Part shown: piece by piece, positions 54,345 through 64,000 of the stretch
Layout of the letters: each line of letters starts with the position of its first letter
Position numbering within the stretch: position 1 is the first letter of the stretch
Source: Octopus sinensis
Taxonomy: Eukaryota
NCBI RefSeq assembly: GCF_006345805.1
Contig: NC_043003.1
Coordinates: forward strand, 111,600,001-111,664,000
Length of the DNA stretch: 64,000 bases
Direction: 5' to 3'
The notes under the pieces: model-generated
The model's input: only the letters and a program-made list of their open reading frames with translations
What the model was told of the DNA's origin: nothing
Database searches by the model: none
Position numbers and translations under genes: made by a program

Positions 54345-55154
54345 CAGAAGATACACAGTTATATATTTCGCCTATGGCTCGTAAGATTTATATCTGAAAT
54401 CTCATAATTCTCCTACATATTCTTTGGAACGCGTATATCAAAAGAATCACCACAATATACTCGAAATAAATGAACATTCAAAGAAAGAGGAAAGTATGAT
54501 TTGAGCCAGAAAATACAATAGCATGTCTCACCGCGATAACAAATTAAATATGAAATTTACAAGCTCAACACAGATACTTCTTCTTTCGTCCATGTAATAT
54601 TCCTATGACGACAGCCAAAATTCTGACACAACATTTATTTTTTTTTTAATTTATTTTACATACTACGCCCCGTCGTGCTATATTCTGAGACCTGTATTAA
54701 TTTCCTCAGAATGTCATAGAGAACATGAGTTCCATTTATGTACTAATGAATTTTAGTCACCCGTCACGCAACACGATACCATTTGGTCTTGCTCAATTCT
54801 AATAATCGCCAACAAGTAAGTTGACAGTGATTCTAATTACATAAAAAAGAAAAACCCTATTTGCCTTATGCTTGGCTTGTATACTATCTCACACATAGCT
54901 CAGTCACTTATCCACGGTCGAATGACACATTAAACTGTATACAGTAATTAGTGGAAATATTTTTATTTCTATACATGTCTGATAAACAAGTGCCTACATG
55001 GAGCGTATTTCTGTTTGTGTGGGGTTAGTGGAACGTGGTTGTGTGTATTGTGAATGTTCTGCGCTGGTATGTTGATGCATGTTACATATAGATGCATACG
55101 TAGAAGCATGTATGCATACATACATACATACATACATACATACATACATACCTA

Positions 55155-55652
55155 CAGGAACTACGAGGGCAGCATATTAAAGAACAGCAGCTGCCCAACA
55201 TGTCGTGTTTGTAAACAACAAACTGAAACTACTGTTCATGTTGTCTCCATGTGAAGTCTAGTTGTACCTACAGAATATCTCAATCTCAACAGGCATGATA
55301 GAGCAGCACGATATATTCACTGTATAATTTGCCAAAAAAAACTGTACGTGCTCGATGATTAAAACTGGTGGGAACGTAAACCACCTCCAGTGCTCGAAAA
55401 GGATCACATCTCATTCTTCTGAAACCGGTCCATCCCCATTCACACTGACAGAAAGATAGATGCAAATAGGCCGGATTATATGGAAAGACTTCATACAAAA
55501 ACCCTGCTTCTTCATTGATATGACTGTCCCGATGGACATAAATGCATCTATAAAAAACTACCAAAAACTGAGCAAGTTTAAATATCTTGAAATAGAAGTT
55601 GGCAAAATGTGGTACTTCAAGAATGGTAGAAATACTAAGCAAAATTGTAATA

Positions 55653-55703
<51 letters not shown>

Positions 55704-56063
55704 GATAGTACTTCAAGAATGGTAGAAATGCTAAGCAAAGTCAAATATATAATAATAGTAATAATAGTAATAATAATAATAATAAAAATAATAAAAGATA
55801 GTGCTCATGGGAACTGCTCATATCCTACGCAAAATACTCTCTATGTAATCTCAATGTTTAAAACAAACATAATTTTCGGTTTAAAAAAAAAAACGAAAAA
55901 AACCCTTTTTTTTTAGACATTCATTAGTACAACATCCCCACCCCCCAAATATATGGCACACTAGGCATAACAACAACATGAAATTCCAACCCTGTTGTCT
56001 CTTGAGGTCTCTGGGTGAGACTTGGAGCCAACTTGTACAAATATAAAGCAAAAGTCAAACATA

Positions 56064-56110
<47 letters not shown>
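55155..56110 (+). mobile_element. Decayed RLE LINE 3' end with 3'UTR and (TAA)n tail
   Basis: CRVCKQQTETTVHVVS, CFFIDMTVPMD...KLSKFKYLEIEV and VLMGTAHILRKILSM*. Confidence 0.88.
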
Positions 56111-56111
<1 letters not shown>

Positions 56112-56429
56112 GTACCTATACCCTATGGCCTAATGCATAATGTGTATACTGGGCTTCGTATATTTTACCTCAGTGTCACTTCCATTGCATTCACTGCTCT
56201 CTCACTCTTTCTTTCTCTCTCTCTCAGTAATAATAACCATTATTTTTTTATCCATATGCTTGAGGCGCTCAAGATACGAAAACAAAAAAAGCATACAACC
56301 AGAGACAGTGCTCTGCCAAAAAGTTAACTCAGGACAAGAAGGCCCCTCTCCGAATGTCAATGCCCAAGCGAAAAACAAAACCAAAATAGCACGGGGAACA
56401 GATAACGACAGTAGTTTGAGCAAAGCTTG

Positions 56430-56620
56430 CATCGCATGACGGTCAGAATACCAGTGATTGTAGAGGCACCTGATATGATCAATAAAGTAACTGGAAAGTA
56501 TTTGAGAATGATCTCCTGGACTACCATCCATGTAAGTAGCGCAAATGATTGTATTAACTGGTATATCATACATATTCAGAAGAGTTTTGTCGCAGTGAAT
56601 TTTCTTTCATTTTTTTGCCT
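56430..56620 (+). mobile_element. RLE LINE C-terminal fragment
   Basis: TVRIPVIVEAPDMINKVTGKYL resembles TIPIIVGALGMIKKYSDKYI in the 15923 copy. Confidence 0.55.
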
Positions 56621-56858
56621 CTAATTTTCTTTGTTTCGTTTTATAATTTATATTTTTTTTCTTTTTGTCTGTCTTTCATCCCCTTCTTTTTGTATCCCAT
56701 GGCTTTGTAAATGGACAATCTTGTGTGACTATTTCACTGGCCTACAAATATATATACACTGCTGGTCTCTGCTCTAGGTATCAGGGAGAAACAGAATTGA
56801 AAGAAGATGATAATTAAAGTAATGATAACAACAATAACAACTACAACAACAACAATAA

Positions 56859-56889
<31 letters not shown>

Positions 56890-56944
56890 AACAACACCAC
56901 CAACAACAACAACAACAATAATAATAATAATGATAATAATTAAC

Positions 56945-57930
56945 GGAACCCATAACAAAGCCAAGCAAAAAGGGCGGACAGATAATCATAATTACTATAA
57001 AATAGTTGATTTAGGTGTTACACACACGCACACACTACAATGCAACCCCATTCCAGAATCATGCAAGAATAAATTTAACAGAAAGAAACTACAGGAAATA
57101 ACTAAGAAAGTAGATTCTGTTATCAGAAGGGTAGATAAAAAAAATTATAGAAGACACTAATTTATTAATCTATGTAGGAGGGTAGTAGTCACCGGAAGAT
57201 TAGATATTTCACAGGGTAAGATTAAAACACAGCGAATGTGGAAAAGGAGACTAGAAAATAAAGTGAAGACTTTAAGACAAGATCTGCGTAGAATAGAATC
57301 CTGACTGGAAATTGAACAACTTAGGAAACACAAGATGCAAATCTTCTCTCGAGAAAAGATATTTAGTGAAAGAGAACGGATTTACGACAGTAATAAAAGT
57401 GTTGGAACAGAGTATCATAGCTGTAGCAAGCAATCTCTCCAGATAGCAGAAAATAATAGATCAGTATCAACAGAATAGAGTATTTCAGACAGAGCAGAGG
57501 AGATTTTATAACCAAATAAATAGTGTCGAACGAAGTATTGAAGATGAAGAGGAAGCTACAATATTCTCGAGTAATATATGGGATAAAACAGTCAATCATA
57601 ATGGCGATTATTATTACAGAAAATGAGGGGAGAAGTAGTGAGTGAGAAGCAGCCGGATCTACGATTAACTACTACATTAATGAGTAAAGTCTAACGAAAA
57701 ATGCCGAATTGGAAGGGCGCAAGGCCATATTTTGTTGAAGGGTACTGGCTAAAAAAATTTAATAGTTTATATGGGAGGCTGAGAAAGCAGTTTCGGGATA
57801 GTCTTAATGGAGGAATAATACCAGATTGGATGACTAGAAGGAGGACAATACACATTATGAAGGATATGAGCAAGGGTAACGCAGCTAGCAACTATAGACG
57901 AACCACTTGCTTACCGTTGATGTCTTGCAA
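56945..57930 (+). mobile_element. Decayed R4/Dong-like LINE, N-terminal region and start of RT
   Basis: MPNWKGARPYFVEGYWLKKF...IPDWMTRRRTIHIMKD...ASNYRRTTCLP (compare NYRPITCL). Confidence 0.88.
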
Positions 57931-58084
57931 GTTAAAACCTCGGTTTCTAGTTAACCTTATCTTCTTAAAAATAATAACTACGAAAAAGCTAAAAGTCTAT
58001 TGTATACATTTTCAGTTTAAGGTTAAATTGTTCTTCTACGCAATTCACGTCCAATCGAATATAGATGCGTACGTGAGTGTGTCC

Positions 58085-58135
<51 letters not shown>

Positions 58136-58377
58136 CGCCAGAAGTAGTGATTAGAATGTTGCACACATGATCGTGAGAATGTGGTTTCGATTCTTCCAGG
58201 GAGCAGAACCATTTGATCATCAAAAGACGAATCACTTCTGCAGGCCCTTCAGCATGAAATTGTCTATGGTAAGTGAGACCAGTATAATTTTATATCAAAA
58301 ACAGTTTATGCTAATCAAGTTCATGAGATAATCTTCGATTCCTTTGTCATCTCATTTATACACAAGTCTTATATATG

Positions 58378-58695
58378 TATGTGTTGTTTTGCTGTTTGTT
58401 CCTTCTCGAGCCATGTCTGGTTCATAAGGGTCAGTTTCCCGGTTTCTTGGCGTATAGGTTCCCCACCTGGACGGGACGCCGGTCCATCGCAGGTGAGCTG
58501 CAAGATGCAGGCGGAAAGAGTGAGAGAAAGTTGGGGCGAAAGCGTCAGCAGAAGTGTCGCCATTGCCTTCTGCCGGAGCCGCGTGGAACTAAGGAGCTTC
58601 GCTCATAAATACACACATCGTCCGGTCTGAGATTCGAACCCGCGATCCCTCGACCGCAAGTCCGCTGCTCTAACCACTAGGCCATGTGCCTCCAC
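58378..58695 (-). mobile_element. tRNA-derived SINE family C
   Basis: Minus-strand head ggaggcacaTGGCCTAGTGGttagagcagcgg...cgcgGGTTCGAATCtc has clear A and B boxes, followed by a non-tRNA body and an A/C-rich tail. Confidence 0.85.
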
Positions 58696-59240
58696 ATATG
58701 TATATGTCCATATATGAGAAGCATAAATATCGAACTGAATGTCTTCGTATCGAAGCGTATTTGCATTGCAACGTTTCCTTCGGAGTTCTCCACGTTGCAT
58801 CATCCTCAAAATTCATTTGTAACCTATGGAGTGATATAATATGTGGGTGAAATTCTTACACGAAAACAACGTAGAAAGCCATCGTGTGCATATGTATTTT
58901 CCAGTAAGGGTGTGTAATTGTGTGTCTTATTGTCACCGCTAGACAAACGTTGTTGCATTACTTACATCTATTTAAGAAAATGTTTCCCAGACTACACCAT
59001 TCATGACGTTCACTAGAACAGCTGACTATGACACAATTATATATATGTATATTTTGTGAGAGTATGAGTATGTATGTGTTTAGGTGTATACATACGCGTA
59101 CGTATGTACATACATAATTCGATAGTTTGTTCCCATTTCAGTTTACATATACTAATATATATAAATGGCGGTGCCCCAGCATGGCCACAGCTCATGAGCT
59201 GAAACTGGAAAAATCAAAATCAAAATCAATCATATATATA

Positions 59241-59464
59241 TACTCTTTACTCTTTTACTCTTTTTCTTGTTTCAGTCATTTGACTATGGCCATGCTGGAG
59301 CACCGCCTTTAGTCGAACAAATTGACCCCGAGACTTATTCTTTCTAAGCCCAGTACTTATTCTATCGGTCTCTTTTGCCGAACCGCTAAGTGACGGGGAC
59401 GTAAACACACCAGCATCGGTTGTCAAGCAATGCTAGCGGGACAAACACAGACACACAAACACAC

Positions 59465-59508
<44 letters not shown>

Positions 59509-59852
59509 CATATTATAATTAAGGGCTAAAGAAGGTTATTCTATAGCCAATACCCTGATTATCCACTTATAATCCACTTGTTACGGGAAAATTGAACTGA
59601 AAGCGGGCAACTAACCTTTAGAAAATTTAAATTTCGTTATCTCTATATTGAATCAATTTCGGAATTAATCCCTATAAAGGATATATTCTTCTTCAGTAGA
59701 GCTTTCGAGGGAACATAAATAAATTACTCACATGCGGTCATGGAAAAAGCAGAAGCTAAAAACACAAATACATTTAAGTTAATATACTGCCACACTTTTT
59801 GATGGAATCCTTCCTTTTCTCTAGAGGAAGGGACTTCATCCTATATTGTTAG

Positions 59853-59916
<64 letters not shown>

Positions 59917-60077
59917 GACAGGGTTCTTTCAGTTTCCGTCTACCAAGTCCACTCACAAGGCATTGGTCGGCCCGGGGCTATAGCAGAAGACACTTGCCCA
60001 AGATACCATGTAGTGGGACTGAACCCGGAACCATGTGGTTGGTTAGCAAGCTACTTACCACACAGCCACTCCTGCGC
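59241..60077 (-). mobile_element. SINE family A interrupted by an HHR-bearing insert
   Basis: 59241-59470 and 59905-60077 are collinear with the uninterrupted 36869-37278 copy. Confidence 0.92.
59641..59701 (-). ncRNA. Type I hammerhead ribozyme
   Basis: Minus strand reads ctcta-CTGAAGA-agaat-at-atcctt(tat)agggat-ta-attcc-GAA-ATTG(att)CAAT-A-tagag. The cleavage triplet is AUA with a compensatory U-A pair in stem III. Confidence 0.85.
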
Positions 60078-60717
60078 TTATAATTCATATTTTATTATTT
60101 CCTACTGTCTGGCCACGGATCACTCATAAACATTATGTATTATTAATACCAAATGTCACACAACATAAGCTAAAGTAGTTACCGGGGCAAACACGTATCT
60201 CAGCGTAAGAAGAGGAAAGTTGTTTCAATGCTACAATAAACTTCTACGCCCTGCTTCAGCATCCATTCTTTCTTTTTCTTGCTCTGCATCGCTACGCACA
60301 TACGTATCGATGTTTATGCCATATACGTCTATATTTATGTATATGATTGCGTGTGAGCGAGTGTGTGTGCGTGTTCAAGAGTGAATATGGTAGTATTCCA
60401 TAAGTGAAGAAACTTTGGGTAACACTTTTCTTCATTTTGATAGCTAGTAACGTATTATTTTACTAACTTTGGTATAACAGTACTATCGTACGTCCACTCT
60501 ATATCGTTTTGTTTGCGCGAACCCTAACTCTCTGCAAATCTTGCTGGGTGCCACCGATATGCAAAGTTTTCAGTTTTATCATTAATCAAAAGCATGGAAC
60601 TGAGTATTAACATTTTGCTTGCTAACTGATGAAGAATTAGTGTCCAGCTGTGTCTGTCCTACAAGTACAACATTAAATATTTAATACAGTTTAATTTATT
60701 ATTATTATTATTATTAT

Positions 60718-60758
<41 letters not shown>

Positions 60759-60827
60759 TAGTAGTAGTAGTAGTATATACATACACACATATATACATAT
60801 TCCTTAATATAGATATATGAATTCAAG

Positions 60828-60858
<31 letters not shown>

Positions 60859-60920
60859 CAGTTAGAGATTAGACAACCATCGAAGGGATAATAAATGTCC
60901 AATATACTACTGGATGTATA

Positions 60921-60961
<41 letters not shown>

Positions 60962-61044
60962 TATATACAAATATTTACTATTGCAAGGCAATAGTTCAAT
61001 TGAATAATAGGTATGTGTGGAGATAAACAAAAGTTTAACCACAA

Positions 61045-61700
61045 TTTATAAAGGCAAGGAAAATAATGAAGAAGATAATTAATTCACTTACAAAGTTCAG
61101 CTAGATCCATTATTAATTAATTACAAGCATATGAATATTGACAAATGAATGAGTGAATATAACTGTATCCTTACAGCTGTTTCTACTTTAGGGGATCAAC
61201 ACACCAAAGTTAACACAGCAAATAAAGTTTATACACAGATTGTACAAAAATTGAACAAAAATTAGGAATTTGACAAAACTTGAACCTCGAAGCTTCATCA
61301 GAGAGTCCATAATAGCAAGAATTAAATAAGTAAAAAAGTAAAATAAAATAATAAAAATACAAAAGAATTTTAAAATGTAAATTCCAAGACAATATCCAGC
61401 AGCAATGAGATCGCATCTGATGAAGAAATGGGTTCAATTTTTGTTCACTTTTTTTTTTGTCCATTTTCCGTCCTACTTCTGTTCCATGTTTGTACAATAT
61501 TTTTGTATAATCTTGGTATGATGAGTCAACTTGGCGTGTTGAGCCCCCAAAGTAGAACCACCTGTAAGAGTAGAGTTATATTCACGGATTTATTCTTATT
61601 TATTTATTTATTCATATTCATATGATTGCAATTAATTAATAAATGAGTCTAGCTGATCTTTGTCAACTAGTTTTCTCCATTTTCTTCCTTGCCTTATATA
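61045..61700. mobile_element. Old foldback PLE-like element with two inverted, degenerate HHRs
   Basis: 61045-61306 and 61412-61700 are diverged reverse complements. Minus HHR 61167-61306 reads actct-CTGATGA...GAAAC-agct-GTA. Plus HHR 61412-61571 reads CTGATGA...GAACC-acct-GTA-agagt. Confidence 0.75.
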
Positions 61701-61796
61701 TAGGTATATAAATTCAAGTATATATATAATATATATAATTATATATATATTATAATGTAATTTGTATGTTGTGTGTGTGTGTGCATATAATATATA

Positions 61797-61864
<68 letters not shown>

Positions 61865-64000
61865 TAGATAGAGAGAGAGCTATCATACACACACACAACA
61901 TACAAAATACATTGCCACATATAGAGGCAAAACTGCAAACAGTTAAATGTAGAGGTCGAAAATTTAACGAACATACTTATATAAATAGTTATATTGTTCA
62001 TCGTAGATTATGCAACGTATGACTTTTATATGTAATACTAGAAATGACAAATTCGTGTGATCTACTTACTTCATAACGCAACAATGTTGTATCTGCGAGA
62101 CGGATAATATTATTTTACTAACTTTGGTATAACAGTACTATAGTGCTCACATCAATAATACGTAAGACAGATAATACGTAAGTTATACAAAACTTCTCTC
62201 TCATATATTAATGAATAATTGATTGTATATATTGTCAAAGCATAGAAAATAGAACGATAAAACAAATTTAAAACATGAAATACCAGAGGAATAATTCTTC
62301 AAAATAAAATGGGCTTTCATTAATGAATTCCGTATTGTGTTTACATTTTACGAAATATATGTCTCACATAATTTTATTGAAAATATAAATTTGCATTTCA
62401 GGAATATTAAAATGCAAATATATATGTAATATCTCGATATCAAATCATTTGTACTGTGTTATTATTTAGAAAGTTTGTAGGAGCTGATATGTGTCAAATT
62501 TTTGAAGTAGGGAAGGTGCTCGCTACACTTTCGGTTACAAATTCAATACCCTTTACTCCAGGTTCATGAGAAGTTCGAAACCTGAAAGAATTCGTGACAA
62601 CGAAATTATTATTCACATAAACTTTGGTCTTCACATCATTTATTTAGACTTCACTCGCGACGATTTTAAATTCCCAAAATCAATCGGTATTTTCTAGAAA
62701 CATTGGATAAATATATTCGATTAAACGTGTTGAGAAACTTTTATGTTGTTAGGTTTCCGCTTGGTTGCTGAAAAATGAAATATAGTTTGCTCTCATAATT
62801 TGATGAAATGTTCTATATCCTAGAACAAATTGAAGTTAAATGGGAGGATAACAAACATATTTGAAAAGAAGACTGTCTTTAATTTGGTTGGTCATGAAAC
62901 GAACGAACGAAACATAAATTCTAAATGTAATATAATGGCTATGATCAAGGTGGGAAATAACTCCGAATAAGAAGGAGTCCCACCCCCGTTGTTTTTTATT
63001 TACTTTTCCCCGCATTCGTCAACAGACGAAGTGATAACAGAACTATAAAATGAAAGCAGCTAGCTTTCCAAAACAGAGCGGAGTTGGACCATTTTATCTT
63101 CCGTTATGTTTTGGAAGACACGAACCGTAAGAGACTTGGAAAATGCTGAATATGAATGAGAGCTGTGAACGAATTTTCGCGTCATAGAACAACGTTATAA
63201 TGCACTACATGTTTCTTTTAGTTTTCTTTCTTTTTATCAGACTAACGCTTATAAACATCAAGAAAGAGTTTCTTAAATGTGTGTGTCAAACGAGCAAAAC
63301 GGAGGAAATAATCTCTTTTTCTTAAATGTTATCTTTATAATTATCTTCACTTTAAATAAGAACAAAGACTATTATAGTTGTTAATGCTTCACACATTTAT
63401 AATCTCATAATCTAAAAGCACCGTAAAATATTCACTTACTTTTGATGGATGGCCGTATCCATGTAGAAAATTTGAAACACTAGGTGATGATGTCCAGCGT
63501 TTATTCGTTAAAAATCTAAAGTGGTCAGTATAATACTACAGTAATTCTCAAGAGAATATTACACATTCTCAGTTTCGCACGAAACGCACACACACTTCCG
63601 TGTTTGTGTGTGTGTGTGTACGTGCCTCTGTGTGCGTGTGTGTGTCCGTATGTGTATGTCTGTGTGAATGCATGAGTGTTAAAACAAACACCAAACTTTC
63701 ACCAGTTTATAAACATAGCAGGAAACTAGGGAATAACGCGAGATGGGCGATGTTGCATTGATTTACAAACGCTCTCGTTATAAGAGATATAGTGAAGGTG
63801 TGAACAGCCATTTTGAAACTTGTAAACAAGGATGATATTTTTAACCCCTTGCGATATCAAATAGAATAAACATGTTGATGTTACTTGGGATGTTAGTTTT
63901 ATAAATGTATAATAATCTTGAAATAGAGATATCAGTGTATTTATAATAATAATCATTCAATGTATATCGACTGTAGAAAAGAATGTAATATTAAGATATA

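Noticed and set aside
58244-58268. Micro-exon candidate (ctgcag|...|gtaagt)
   Set aside because: It lies in sequence similar to the SINE body at 39205-39265, so the splice-like signals are probably chance.
58620-58695. Possible tRNA gene on the minus strand
   Set aside because: A and B boxes are present, but there is no acceptor stem closure and it continues into a ~250 bp body and tail, so it is a SINE head.
979-62022. Many ORF-track entries rich in YI, CV, HT, poly-I, poly-N, poly-S or poly-M
   Set aside because: They are translations of (TA)n, (CA)n, (TAA)n and (CAT)n microsatellites, with no domain content.
1-64000. CRISPR arrays, rRNA genes or prokaryotic operons
   Set aside because: No repeat-spacer arrays, rRNA-like sequence or dense coding were seen. 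The sequence is eukaryotic repeat-rich DNA.

Overview
AT-rich, microsatellite-dense eukaryotic DNA. The repeat content suggests an octopus or other coleoid cephalopod (inference, not verified). No intact host gene is recognisable, and almost all ORF-track entries are translations of simple repeats. The window is a nested patchwork of mobile DNA: R4/Dong-like RLE LINE fragments sitting in (TAA)n tracts, several tRNA-derived SINE families, decayed mariner/Tc1/pogo/hAT transposons and a palindromic MITE. The main result is about 17 type I hammerhead ribozyme (HHR) motifs (about 10 well formed) from several sequence families, almost all within about 50-300 bp of a (TA)n tract, a layout typical of Penelope-like element (PLE) termini. 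In three places the HHRs form inverted, outward-pointing pairs. The best example is an ORF-less ~1.7 kb foldback element at 11383-13107 with ~98% identical 246-bp arms. Two weak candidate coding exons (38341-38405 and 53828-53881) hint that part of the window may be a long intron. All alignments and folds were done by eye.
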